Both the position numbers and the translations under genes were made by a program. From Octopus bimaculoides (lineage: Eukaryota): a stretch of DNA of 64,000 nucleotides. The stretch's first letter is position 1. Each line of letters begins with the position of its first letter. The stretch is taken from NCBI RefSeq assembly GCF_001194135.2, contig NC_068992.1:28027038-28091037 (forward strand), in the 5' to 3' direction. Below, piece after piece: positions 12,031-25,814 of the stretch. The notes under the pieces are model-generated. The model worked only from the letters and a program-made list of their open reading frames with translations, was not told where the DNA came from and ran no database searches.

Positions 12031-13879
12031 CAAATATAATGGAAGAGAGAGAGAGATGGCTCTCAGTAAATAAGGGGTGATGTTAAATGTGGAGTTGACT
12101 GTGCTACCATCTCTTCTTACTTTGGTGGCTGATGATGGAAAAGAGAAAGTGGTAGTAGTGAGATACATTGTGAGTGGAGAGGAGTGATGGATACTGGAGT
12201 AATGGAAAGAGAGGGAGCAGGAAATGTAGATTTAATATGAACATGATGGTTGGGAAAAACTTAGTGTAGATATTACAGCGATTCTCTATCACCAAGAGAT
12301 TCATGTTTATAGCTCTTGTGTTTGTATACAATGCATTCAACACAAGTCCTGGTCATTTATCATCGTTCAGCTGCTCACTTTGCCCCTTATCTTCCTTTGT
12401 TTTTCTCTTCTATTTGGAACATTTGTCCCTATTCTTGGCTTGATCTTATTTCAGTTTTTCTCAACTTGCTACTAACGAGCATTTAAATATTGATCATTTT
12501 ATGGGCTTTACAAGGGAACCGTTGGATATTTGATACTGGGAATTGTAATTTGGGTTCACCATAGGCACAAGTGTGGCTATGTGGTAAGTTTGTTTCCCAG
12601 CCACATGGTTCAAGGTTCAATCCTACTGCTTGGCACCTTAGGTAAGTGTCTTCTACTATAGCCTCAAGCTGACCTAAGCCTTGTGAGTGGATTTGTTAGA
12701 TGGAAACTGAAGTCTTTTGGTTGTGTGTCTGCGTTTGTCCCCCTACCCACCATTTGACAACTGGTGTTGGGGTGTGTATGTCCTTGTAACTTAGCAGTTT
12801 GGTGAAAGAGACTGATAGTATAAGTAACAGTATTTTGAAAATAAGTATTAGACTCGATTCATTCAACTAAAATTCACTCCAGCATGGACGCAGTCTAATG
12901 ACTGAAATAAAGGGTAAATAGCAAAATGTTTCTTTTTGTCAGAAAACCTGACTCACCCTTGGTGCATAACTGGTACTAATTTGATCAAACTCCCTCTGTT
13001 GTGGAAGGATGAAAGGTAAAGTTGACCTTGGTGGGATTTGAACTCTCGATGTAAATAGATGGAACTAAATGATTGTCAGTCACCTGCCTTAAGTGCTTCT
13101 ATGTAGTTGCTTATTCAGCTAACAATAGCAGCCAAATTTCCTTCAAATAATACTCTTTTAAATGACAGTCATGAGTAGATTCCCTTTGATCATAACATTT
13201 TGATCCTAATACTATGATCTGTTGATCTGGGGTTGATCTGAATTAACAGCAATAATTATTTCTAATTAAGGCACAGGGCCATTAGTTTTGAGAGGAGGGT
13301 TAGCTGATGTCATTGATACCAGTATTTGACTAGTACTTTATTTTGAGTTCAAGGATAAAAGGCAAAGCTTAGCTACCTTGGTGGTATTTGTTCCAGCTTT
13401 TTTACATTCTGAATACAAATCCTGCCAAGTATTTTTTGGGTGTTCTACCAATTCTGCCAAATCTGCCTGTGGAGAGGGAACAGTCAATTTAATCAACTGT
13501 TCCTTTCAAATTTCTGGTATTGTCTCCCTAGGTTAGAAATCAACTGCACCCCCTTCTCCATCATTCCCATTCTTGATTGCTGTTTTGTTTTGAACCCGAC
13601 AAAGGTGAGTGGCAAAGTTTACCTTTGTGTTGTTTGAACTCTGGACAAAGAACCAAGAGAAATATCACAGTTGACATGAAGTTTAATGCTTAGTAACATT
13701 GCATCTACTTTTGTGTCCTTGGTTCAAGTTCCACCAAGGTCAACCTTGCCTTTTATACTTTCGGTGTTGTTAAAATAAAGTACCTGTTAAGTACTGGGGT
13801 TGATGTAATCAACTTACCCACCCCACCCTCAAATTTCAGGCTTTGTTCCAAAATTTGAAACCAATATTTCTTTCTTTCC

Positions 13880-13918
<39 letters not shown>

Positions 13919-15159
13919 TTTTCTGCTTACAACACCAAGTTTTAAATACACTGACCACTCGATTTAAAAAAAAAAATTTTTTTTTTTCTATTTTTGTACC
14001 TTAAAAGTCTTTTAGTTGGCTGACAAATACTTATGTATTGGGGTGAAGCACAACTTTGTTTTGGCTGCTTATTCAAACGAGTAACAGTAGCGACTGCTTT
14101 ATTTCGAAATTTGTGCCAGTTTTGTTGTAGTTGGTGGCAAGCAAACACAAAGCAGGTCACTATGACATTAAACTTTAAAGTACATGTTGTCGTTCATGTG
14201 ATAGTTGGCCTGTAATAAGTTTTGCATTTCAGAACACCTTGACATTTTTTCTGGAAAGTACTTTCACTTGTATCTGGTGTCTGTGGAGTGTTTAAAACCT
14301 CACAAAGCATTGTGTTGGGAGTGGACAAAGTATGTGCACGTGTGTGTGCGTGTGTGCACGCACCCGTATGTAAAGTGTATATGTATGTCATCTTTTTTTT
14401 TTTTTTTTTTCACTTGTCTTGGTCATCATACCATGGCCATGCTGGGGCACCGCCTTGAAATTTAGTTGAATGAATTGATGCCAGTACTCTTTTTCTTTTT
14501 TTTTCTTTTTTTTTTTTTAAATTTGTTTTTTTTAAAACCTGGTACTTATTCTGTTGGTTTTACTTTTGCTGCACTGCTAGGTTATGGAGGTGTAAACACA
14601 TCGACACTGGTTGTCAAGCAGTGGTGGGACACACACACACACACACACACACACGACATACTTCTTTCAATTTCTGTCTATCAAATCCAATTACAAGGCT
14701 TTGCTAAGCCCGAGGCTATAGTAGACTCTTGCCCATGTTGCTGTGCAATGCGACTGAACTCAGAACCATATAGGTGGGAAGCAAACTTATTACCACAGAG
14801 CCACATATGTATTTACATAAAGCATGTATTTAAAGTGTGTGTGTGTGTGTGTGTGCACGTACCTAAAGTATGTGTTCCAGTATACACATGTAAATGCGTA
14901 TGTACCTACATTGACTGCATATAAATGTAATACTGACCACTTTTTCATTTTGTGTTGCTGGGTTGTCCCAATGTCTGTATTTCTGTCATTTTCAGTATGA
15001 AAATTTTCTGAGTCTCATTTTTATATAAGTTTTGTGATAAATTTTCACCACAGCTTAACCAGGGTCCACCTCTCTTGGACAAATGTAGAAAGTCAGAGCT
15101 GAAATATTCTGTTGCTGGCATTGGACTATAGCCATGGCATTTTCTTGCTCCTAGTCACA

Positions 15160-15394
15160 TTCTTATTTCTTTATTGCCCACAAGGGGCTAAACATAGAGG
15201 GAACAAACAAGGACAGACGAGCAGATTAAGTCGATTACATCAACATCAGTGCGTAACTGGTACTTAATTTATCGACCCCGAAAGGATGAAAGGCAAAGTC
15301 GACCTCGGCGGAATTTGAACTCAGAACGTAAAGACAGACGAAATACCGCTAAGCATTTCGCCCGGCGTGCTAACGTTTCTGCCAACTCGCCGCC
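15160..15394 (-). mobile_element. tRNA-derived SINE (family A), full length
   Basis: 19-bp TSD tttcttgctcctagt(c/g)aca at 15141-15159 and 15395-15413; further copies at about 32860-33060, 49840-50340, 50905-51105, 52495-52670, 60155-60590. Confidence 0.88.
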
Positions 15395-18003
15395 TTTCTT
15401 GCTCCTAGTGACAATCTGTGACCGGCATAGCATTAGGGTTAGGACTTGTTTAGCTTAATGTCAACCCTGATTGTGCAGACTGTTCTATTTTTCAAAGGTG
15501 TTCCAGCTGTGACCATATTTTTTTAAGGCTATTATCAAATGCCTTCTTTTACAGCTTTTATTTCTGGTTGGTCAAGCAACCTTGAAGCAACTCCATTATC
15601 AGCTCAAGGAGGGCAGTTCATAGTTGGCCACTTGGGGGATTTGAACATAGAATATAGTGGAACAAAATTACTGTATCTTTAGTTTACCTGAAGTTTTCTA
15701 CATTTTTAAATGTCTGTTTGCAGTAGTCCAGAAGGATTGATGCTTTCATTAAAGATGCCCCGCTAAGTGCAATATCTTGTATTTGTTTTGGCTTCAGAGT
15801 TCAAATCTCACTACAATCAACTTGACTTTCATCTGTGTGCGTGTATGTGAGGAAGAGAGAGATACAGTGTCATCTGGCACCTCACTGGGGCTCACAGACT
15901 AGTTGTAACTGGAAACCCTATAAGCTTGGTTACAACCTCTGTTTGCCAAAATCTTGATTTACAGCCTTCTCTTTACTGTATAAATTAATTCCTCATCTTA
16001 ACACTGGAACAAGGATCCCAAATCTTTTTGCCTTTGGACACACTGGTGATGAAATTTCTAGTTTACAGGTTTTTTGATGGTCAGAGGAAGCTCATCTAGC
16101 TACCTAAATAGTGAGGGTTATCATTATGCCAGTTCGCACTAAACATAGGCTATTGTTTAGCAAAATATCATACCCAATAGTCACATGGCTTAGGGTTACA
16201 GGTGAAGCCATAGGAAGCAGCATAGTGGACATATGGTTTTGGTGACCAGTGGTGATACTAGTATGAAGCTGGACAGAGGAATTTTTGAGGCCATTGACTT
16301 GAATCACCAAGTTCTGAAGCCATTGTCTAGACCTGGTAACCATGACCAAATGATGCATAAGAAGTTAAAATTAAACTGTTTTCACCCTTTAGCATTCAGA
16401 TTGCCTTGTCAAATGTATTGCTTATTTATTGACATTGTTTTGAATTAATTATTGTCATAGCTTTCAGATTTCAATGATGTGCTTGCATATATTTAGAATG
16501 ATATTGTAGGGTAGATGTGAGGGGTTGGATCTGGTTAGTTAAGATAAAGCAGGCAAAATATTTGGGCCAGGTTTAAGTTAAAAATTTAGAGAAAATATAA
16601 ATTATTTGTATACTGTAATTAAGAGTAACACATTTCTTAAAACTTCAAATGATATCTTTAGAATCCATGCTTGTGCCTTCCCTTGTGGTACACTGCTTGT
16701 GGGCCACTGGATTAACTGTTTAGCATTTAGATTACTGTCAAATGTAATGTTTATTTATTCATTGTTTTGAATTAATCATGCATTATCTCTTAGCTTTTGA
16801 GATTTCATTTCATTGATGCGGCTGTTCGTTTTTAGAACGACATTGTAGGGTGAGTGTAAGAAGCTAGATCTAGCTATTTTGAACATAAAATTGGTAGAAT
16901 ATTTGTACTGGATATAAGCAGTTTAAATGCTAAAAGGTTAAAGTAATAATCTAACAATTGCAAGGTTTTTATGTTCCTGTCTTGTTAAGGTCAAGGCATC
17001 TTTTTTATCTGTAGAATGGTTGTTTAACTCTAGGTCAGCCCTAAATAAGCAGATCTATGATTATACATTCTAGCTATGAATATCCCATTTTGTGACATTA
17101 TCGTTGACCACTCTTTATTTTGTCTAAGACAATGGGATGTGATTTAAAGGGTAAGTTGGCTGCTATTTTTAGCTTATAGACACTTCTTTGTTGATTTGCA
17201 GCTGTAAATAGATATTATGTACAGCTATGCACAGCCTGTTAGCATTCAAAAGTATTTTAGAAGATTGCAATGATTGAATAGAATGACCTTATGAAACCTG
17301 CAGTGATTTGATATTGTATTTTGTGGTGAAGTTGATATTTTTCAACCTTGACCTTGTAACATTAAGTCACTAATTTGTAAGAGGGCTTTTAATGGTGGTT
17401 GAATCATCCTGAGTATTTGATTTGATTTGGCTTATTTAGGAGTGATCTTATTAACTGGTATTTAACTAGTAGTTTATTGGCTTTTGGTTGGGAGTTAAAA
17501 TAGTTAAGTTCAATGATATTAGAATTTAGATGAGTGAAATATGGTTCTGAATAGAGTAAAACCTTCAGCCTGGTTCCTCTGCTGTTCTGCTCAATTTGCT
17601 TCTTTGGAATTAATTCCAGGCTTTTAGTTTCCTACGAAAATTCTTAATAAATTTGTTGTTTTAGTTTTCATATTGAGACTGCTTGAACAGACTTGTAACA
17701 TGGCAGAAACTAATAAAATTTAAGAGCCATGCATGCTGATTCCATGTAAGAGGCATGCTTACTAGCACCATGTAAGAGGCACCTATTGCACTCTGTAAAG
17801 TGGTTGACCTTAGGGCATCCAGATGTAGAAATCATGCCAAAACAGATGTCTTGGGCCTGGTGCAGCTCTCCAGCAGGCCAGCTACTGTTAAAAACTGTCC
17901 AACCCATAGGAAACATGTTAAATGATGATACATGTTTTGGACATGTTTGTAAGGTATGATCTGTCTCTGAACTTCATGGATGGAATCTGGTTCTAATCAA
18001 TCA

Positions 18004-18210
18004 TTAACCCTTTAGCATTCAAATTATTCTGTCAAATGTAAAGTTTGTGTATTCACACTCATTTTAAATTAATCGTGCATTATTTCATGATTTCAATGAT
18101 GTGATTGTTTATTTTTAAAATGACACTGTAATGTAGCTATGAATGCCCATATCTGACCAGTTTGATAACAAAGCAGAATATTATGGCTGGTTTAAACACT
18201 AAAGGTTTAA
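18004..18210. mobile_element. piggyBac-like MITE family (TTAA-CCCTTTAGCATT...GCTAAAGGG-TTAA), about 210-230 bp
   Basis: TTAA target and CCC/GGG termini; other copies at about 8451-8661, 10605-10820, 16375-16580, 16712-16941, 24849-25073, 25200-25318, 31308-31531, 53041-53267 in both orientations. Confidence 0.75.
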
Positions 18211-19520
18211 GCTTTAAAAAAAAGTGGACGGTGGAGAACAGGCTTCTGACTTGGAAGTTGGGAGATTTACTTGCCAGCCAAGTGAGTTGATCTGAGTCCG
18301 TTGAAACTAAAATGATTGCAGTGTGGAAGACACATTCAACCATTTAGAAACACACAAACTGTTAACTTAAGCATTATCTGTCAAAATTTTGCACCAATTG
18401 CAATGAGTCATTGACGCAGTTCCAATGAGTCAGTAAGTTAGGAGGTCAAAAGAAAAGAGAAGAGTATGTGGAATGCAACCAAATACTGAGTTAACTGACC
18501 AATTATGAGTGCCCAACCAGAACGACTGACCTATATAGAACAAGCGGTTCATAGTCTTTGAACCTATATTACCAACGAACAATTTCATCACAAGCCAGAT
18601 GTAGTGGAATGATGCAAATGACCAGGTTGCAGTTGGTGCAACAAAAATTTTCATACTAATAAGCACTTCAGTGAAGTTAAGTTTTTGTGTTTGTGAATGA
18701 CTAGGAAGCCATTGAAATCAAGGTGTTGGCAATAAGTTTAATTACAGTATAAATAGTTCAGACAGATGCTCTATTGTAGAATAAGATACTTCACTGATCT
18801 GGGTTCAAATTCTGCTGGTCATTTGGCTTTTATTCCTTGAAATTGGGATGGGGTGGAGATAATTGACAGCTGGATTAGAGATATAAGTATGATCTATTTT
18901 ATGTGCAGCAGTCTTTGAAAAGCTGATTGCAAATGAATTGAGAAATTAGCTGGAAATTAGAGACTTAGTTGGTGTGTTTGAATGGCCGCTGGGTGTTAAT
19001 TGTTGATGTCCCTTAACTTAATGGTTCAACAAACGTAAAACAGTAAAATAAGTACATCTATCCTTGATTATCACAGTTGGTTCCAAAAGAAAAGAGAATG
19101 TGTTGAATAATAGAATATGGAGTGGTATGGAGAGCAGGTTTTGTTCCAAGACCCCCCCCCCCCACAAGTTGTCCTCAGAATTGTGGATTGTCACTGTGGC
19201 ATACTTTTGCAGTCAGCACAGAATCTTTCACTGGTCACTGACCAGTGATAGCAGAGATTAATTTGTGACAAGCATAACATGGTTTGCAATTGAGTGGATC
19301 AGGTTATCGTAGATCAGTGATGCGTGAGAATAGCTGTACGAGGTTTAAAAAGTACTGGGGTTGATATGGTTGACCAAACCCTTGAAGGCAGTCTCTGGCG
19401 CGACTGAAGTCATCACTGCAGTTAAAAGATGTGGCTGTAACTCAGACAGTCCAGAAGTGAAGTTGGATCTCTGGATGCTGTGCCTCACAAATATGTGGTT
19501 AACAAGAATGGTTATAGTAC

Positions 19521-19757
19521 AGATTATTTGCCAACATAACATGGCAGTTCTGGTTTAGGACGAATGTTGCTGTAATTTAGCCACAAGAGATATCGTCTCC
19601 AGCTGGCTATATGACACGATTTGTGTCTTTACCTAAATCTAAAATGTAAGGACACAGATCGTATCGTATAGCCAGCTGGAGACAATGTCTCTTGGGGCTA
19701 AATTACTGCAATATTCGTCCTAAACCAGAACTGCTATGTTATGTTGGCAAATAATCT
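19521..19757. mobile_element. Foldback/MITE-like element, about 110-bp inverted arms
   Basis: agattatttgccaacataac...gtgtcttta pairs with taaggacac...gttggcaaataatct with mostly transition mismatches. Confidence 0.75.
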
Positions 19758-20141
19758 TTAATCTAGAGTACTGTTGCAGAATATTGCTTGTTGGGAGATT
19801 TTACAAATAGTAAAGAATGATTACATTAGAGATCAATTCTAACTAGAGGAAATAATTGATGTTAAAACAAGAATTGATGAAATAAAAGTTTGTGAAGAGG
19901 CTTTAAAGAATTCTTTGTTTTTGTTTTAAAAATGGTTTGGAATGTGGCTGTTGGAATATTTCTTTTGAAATATAACTGTTGCATTAAGTAAATAGAATGA
20001 AATATAGAACCGTGTCCTTTATTAGTTTGATGGAGTGGTTGTAGATGATTTTGAATGCCTTCTGTTGCTTGATTAAACAAATCAGTTGTTTATTCTTTAA
20101 TCTTGTGAAATCTACTTCACATGTCTTATTTTCAATTTCAG

Positions 20142-20297
20142 ATACCAGAAAATGGACGCGACATCACAATCTAAAGGGGCGTAACCCAGCTGCTCGTTCC
20201 TATCACGCAGCTGTGATGATCGGTAACCGTATGGCTTTGATGGGTGGTAGGAGCCAGTCTGAAAGTCATTTTGCTGATATCCACATTTTAGATTTGG
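20142..20297 (+). CDS. Kelch-repeat protein exon (phase 1-1)
   Basis: ttcaatttcag acceptor, TTGG|gtaagt donor; DTRKWTRHHNLKGRNPAARSYHAAVMIGNRMALMGGRSQSESHFADIHILDL. Confidence 0.93.
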
Positions 20298-21961
20298 GTA
20301 AGTTCAGGTTTTTTGTTTTTTTTCAAAAAGGGTTTTCCTCAAACTATTCTTTTTTTAATAATTTTATTAAAGGTATTCTGGTGAACTACTGCTCATTTAT
20401 TTTTTTCTTCTCTGAGTTTTAAGTTTAAATTATTATTATTGGGGCTGAATTAATATATTCGGTATAAGTAGAGCTAATTTAATTTTTCCTAGTCCCCATC
20501 ATAAAAGATTTTGCAGGATGACAAGACAAATAAAAAAAATTTTAAAAATCGAAGTTTGGCACAGTAAAGGGGGAGTAACTCTTAACACATGAGTTCACAT
20601 CCAAAATACTGCAAACCAACTCGAAAATTCTCAGTTCTTTCCTCGTGCTATAAATACGCAATTATTTTCGCTTCAGATAAAAATAATTTAAATTTCAATA
20701 AAATTTTTGTTTTTAAACAAATATTTAAATATTGATTTGTACTTGTCTTTTTGTTTTAAGACTTTCATACCAACTAAAAATATTGCCAATTTTGTTAAAC
20801 ACATTAACATCCACATTTATGTGGCTGGTGTTTTCGAGCGATTGGAAAGATTAAAATCAATGGAAGGATCAATGAAGAATTGGTAACTAGTAACACCAAC
20901 AAATCTACCCATCTGCGATGGAGGCGTAAAATGAGGGAGGGAAGTCATAAGAGCATTATGTATTGAGAAATGTGTAAATGGACTTGATAGATTACTGAGT
21001 GATGTCTTAGAGAAATCACATTATTGTTGGTGATACAGCATTCTATTGCAGCTATATGAGATGTATTTGCTACTAAGTGACAGGTGATGACGATTCACTC
21101 CTGAACTCCCAGGCTCTGTATCATGAATGGTTATGCGGACCACTCCTAACGAAGGCAAGAGATTCTTTCGACCACTACATAAAAAGTATTTAAAAAAAAA
21201 TGTTATTTAGATATATTTTTTATTTTAGTTGTTTACACTATTTCACGCTTGTTTATACTCTTATACATTCAAAGTTCACAAATCTCCTTCTTTAAATTAC
21301 GAATTATATCGTCTACAAAGAAGTTTTGTAATCATATTCCTTTCGATAATATCAATATGATTACAAGACTTCTTTGTAGACGATGTTTTCTGTTTGGTCG
21401 ACACTAATTTAGAAATTACTGGACTCCATTGCTCTACTAGTAGTGACATAACTGGTCGTGTGTAAACATCAGAGTGGGTAAAAATACACCTACACAATCT
21501 GAAGTCTGGCCCTGTGCCTTATTTGCTGTGAATGTGCAAGTGGAATCTTCAGGAATCTGCCCATCTATGATGGGAAATAAAGGGATAGTATTGCAAATGG
21601 AAACCCTCTAAATTCACCAACTATAGTGGTGGTGGTGGTGGGGGGAATCCAGAGTTAATCCTTGTTGCTGGAATTTTAACAAAAAAGAAAAAAAATCAAG
21701 AGTATTTAGTGAATATTGAGTTTCATATAAATAAATCAATCATACTTTTTCACATTTTTTTCCTGATTACCTCCTTCACAACCCTGAAAAACATCATGAC
21801 CATTGTTTCAGCTGTTTGACCGCGAAAAAGGAACACAGACAGACGTAATGCCCATTATCATAATAAGTTGACTTCCTTTTGTTTTTATTAGTTATCTCCT
21901 CCTTAATTTACTTTTTTCTACCCCCGTAAACTGAACAGTTACCCTCAATATCCACTAAATA

Positions 21962-24423
21962 CAGTATTTGCTGGTGTATTAACTGCATTTTTTTCAGATG
22001 AGAAAATCCAGGAAAAAGGGGGTGCAGTTTATATACAGGTACAAAGAAAAGTCTGTCTAAAACCCGAACATTACTTCATGTAATGATCCAAGATTCATGG
22101 GGTACTAGCTCCCCTTACAATTCTTGCTATTAAAACTGGTAAAGAAGACTGTTTAAATATTCTTATTTCAGTATCATCGTCCATTTTGTCGATCACACGC
22201 CTTTGAAGCCAACATGTGCAGGTATCGTCTCAGTTGCAGCCTCTGCTTCGATGGTGCTGCATTACTGTAGAAGAGGGACGTATGCCGGTAGAAAAGTAGC
22301 GAGAATTTCTGTAAAGACTTACCCTTTGTCCAACAAATGCACTATGATTGACAGCTGATCGCAATTTCTACTCACCTTCTGATTTACCGCGAATTACGAA
22401 TTCGGTAATTCCCATGTCTATAATGTAAACAACTATTGTTTGGTGACCCGGATGTATGACTTATTTTGCCATGTAGGGAAATGAGAGAGAGAGGGAGAGC
22501 TGTGATTCATTCTTGAACGTGATTCATGAAATGTATTTAGTAGGTAAGAAGTAAATTAAAATGGAATATGAAGAATTATTTCATATAAGAGGAGATAAGT
22601 GCATTTATTCAGAATCATCTTGAACCGGGAAAGGTAAGCTTCATCACCATCACAAATGCTACGAGGGAATATAAATCAAGTCAACTGGAATTTCATTACC
22701 ATACCTTAAAGTACTGGTAAGTGCACAGGTTTGTTTGTTTATTGTAATATATCTACGTAAAGAAAATCGTAATGATTGAAGGAAGCTTTCAAGCTACATC
22801 CAATTGTTTGGACTGTAATTAGCTTTACAAACTCATCTACTTCGCTCTTCAAGTTCAATGACGGTCAAGTCATCATGCTGAGACGAGCATTCACAGCCGT
22901 CTTCAAGCTCTCAGTTTCCAGGTTTGCTGATGAGTTTGGAAACTGTGCTGTGGGCTGTCACTTCAGGGTTGACGAATCTGTTGCCCAACGATGGTGCTCC
23001 AATGAAGCCACAATCAAGTTGATGCCCAAGAAGGCAGTGAGGGGCAACAAGGCACAGTGGCCGGAATTGGAGGAGAGGCTTTTCGGCTGGGTGAAGAGGA
23101 TGCCGGGACTTGCGGTGTTGATACTCACCCTTAGAATCGAGGCCAAGATCACCAAATACATCGGCATCAGAGACTTCTGTTCCAGTAGATAGGCTTTCTG
23201 GTTTATGCACAGGTATGATCTGTCCATTAGGCGAGAAGACCAAGCGGTTCCAGCAGTTTATCATCAACCTGCGTAAACGGCATCAGTACTCTCTGAGCCA
23301 CATTGGCAGTGCAGACCAGACTTCCCTCACATTTGATCTTCCGATGGGGAGAAGACTGGAAATTATCATGACAGGTCACGAGAAGGACAGTTTTATGGTG
23401 ATGCTGGCTTTGCATGGCTGATGGAGGAGAGCTGCCACTGTATATCGTCTTCAAGAGGAAGGCTCTGCTCAAAGATGTCAAGTTTCTGGAAGGTCTCATC
23501 GTCCGAGCACAAATGAAAGGTTACATGGATCAGGCACTCATCGTGGACTGGCTTCGGATAGTGTGGGGTCGGTGCATCAGTGGACTGCATCAGAGGAGTC
23601 TCCTGGTTCTCGACGCATTTAGATGCCACAAGTCGGAAGAAACCAAGGCGAAGATATATTGTCCAAACATCGACTTGGCAATGATCCCCAGCGGGGAATG
23701 ACATCCCTCCTTCAACTCTTTGATGTTACAATCAATAAACCGTTTAAGGACCATCTCGAGCACTGCTGAGAGGATTGGATGGCCAATGCAGCGAAGGAGA
23801 TGACAAAGACCAGGTGCACAAAAAAAAAAAAAAGACTTGGACAATCTTCGAGTGGATCCTGAAGATCTGGGAGGAAATTCCAGAAAACATCAAATGGGCT
23901 TTCCTGAAGTGCTGCATATCCAATGCGCTTGATGGCACAGATGACATCTTGTGGGAAGATGACGCTCTCTCTCCTGACTATTCTCACTTCAGTGATGACA
24001 AGGATGAACTGGCATATGTTGATGATCAACTCTGTGAGGTCTTCAATGGTTCGTCTGATGACGAAGAGTTGTTAGGCTTTGAGTGAAGCTTCTACCCATT
24101 AGGACCGCTCCTTGTTAGGACCACACATTTTCAAGAAAGAATATATAGGTCACAATATGAATAAATCATATAAACACACATAATAAAACGACGTTCTCTT
24201 ATCTCTTGCATTTAAAACCTGGACTTTTTCTTCCATTAATAATTATGAATATCAGTGATTGCAGTCGGAAATGTTTAAGTTTGAAATCGTCACGAAATTG
24301 AAGTTTGTATTCATCCTACATTTCTCCCTTTCCGTTAGCCCCAGTTGTTTCTGGTTTCCCCCATGTATTTCCCCCGTCGGGGACTGAAAATCAGGGGTGT
24401 GGTTTATACACTGGCAAATACGG
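21962..24423 (+). mobile_element. pogo-family (POGK-like) DNA transposon, near full length, transposase pseudogenised
   Basis: TIRs CAGTATTTGCTGGTGTATTAACTGCA vs CCGTATTTGCCAGTGTATAAACCACA (reverse complement); TA TSD; CENP-B HTH WPELEERLFGWV, ADQTSLTFD, TGHEK, LVLDAFRCH, FLKCCISNALDG across frameshifted ORFs. Confidence 0.92.
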
Positions 24424-24603
24424 TAATCATACTTTTTCACGTTTTTTTTGCTAAAAACCTTCCTGATTTCCTCCTTCATAATCCTGAAAACACTGTGACC
24501 ATTGGGTCCAGCTGTTTGACAATGAAGAGGGCACAGACGGACATTATAGTAAGATGATGACATAACAAACATAACGATTTAATTGCTTTGGTTTCCATTT
24601 CAG

Positions 24604-24777
24604 AAAAGAACCACTGGTTACAGCCAACTGTGTTTGGTGATATCCCTTCTGCTCGGGGTCAGCATTCAGTAGTTGTGTGTGGTGATGTGTTAGTGGTCCA
24701 TGGTGGCTCTTCTCAATTTGATACCACTACGATGCAATGCCAGAAACATTTCACTGACACATATGTTGCAAAAATAG
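24604..24777 (+). CDS. Kelch-repeat protein exon (phase 1-1)
   Basis: ttccattttcag acceptor, ATAG|gtaact donor; EKNHWLQPTVFGDIPSARGQHSVVVCGDVLVVHGGSSQFDTTTMQCQKHFTDTYVAKI. Confidence 0.92.
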
Positions 24778-25814
24778 GTAACTGCTTTTGATTTCTTCAT
24801 TCAGTCAGCTTTGTTGTTGTTTATCTCCAATCTTAATCCCTGAAAGTGTTCACCTTTAACATTCAGATTTCTCTGTCAAATGTAATGTTTATATATTCAG
24901 ATTATTTTGAATTGCGCCTGCATTGTCTCGTAGCTTTGAGATTTCAATGATGTAATAATGTATTTTTAGAATTACATTGTAGGGTAGGTGTGTGGCTGGA
25001 TCTGGCCAATTTGGACACGAATTAGGTAGAATACTTTGGCTGGACATGGTCGGTTTAAATGCTAAAGGGTTAAAGCATTGTTGGTCAACATCTGCAGAAA
25101 GGTCATGAGCTGAGATGAGATTCCAGAGGACAGATGTTAAGGGAAGGAAGAACTTGACATAACGATCAGGACCTGAATGGGACAAACATACCGAGTATTA
25201 TGAGACAAGAATTAGGATATTGTAGTGTAGGTGTGAAAAGCTAGATCTGGCCAATTTGAATATAAAATCGGAAGAATATTTGGGCTGAATATGGCCAGTT
25301 TAAATGCTAAAGGGTTAAAAAAACTTCGCCCTTAACTATTTTCCTCTTCTGGTAAGGTTTTCTTACTGACCACATGGTATCAAGTCCAGTCCCACTGCTT
25401 GGTACTCGAGGCAAGTGTCTTGAATGAATTTGGTACACAGAAACTTAAAGCCTGTTGTGTGTGTGTGTGTGTGTGTGTTACTGTCTCCTTGACTTGACTT
25501 TACCTGATAGTTGTAAGTGAATGTCACCATCAGGTAAATGGTGTCCTGTTTCCAATCTTTTGAGACTTGTCTAGTCATGGGAGAAATATTACCGTACTTG
25601 GAAACAGGTGAGGGTTGGTGACACGAAGGGCATCCAGCCATAAAGTATCTGCCTCAGGAAATTCCGTCCAATTCATGTGAGCATGGAAAAGTGGACTTCA
25701 AAATAATGACGTAAGATGGGAGATTTGACTATTTCTAGCTGATTGATTGTCCATCTAGATGCTCCCTTGTCTCAGTTGGTATTATAACTGACCCTTTTTA
25801 TTGTTGCCATAGTT

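Noticed and set aside
22927-22945. CTGATGA...GAAAC inside the pogo element (other isolated CTGANGA at about 24054, 27474, 49267, 58388)
   Set aside because: No stem II or stem I; chance matches.
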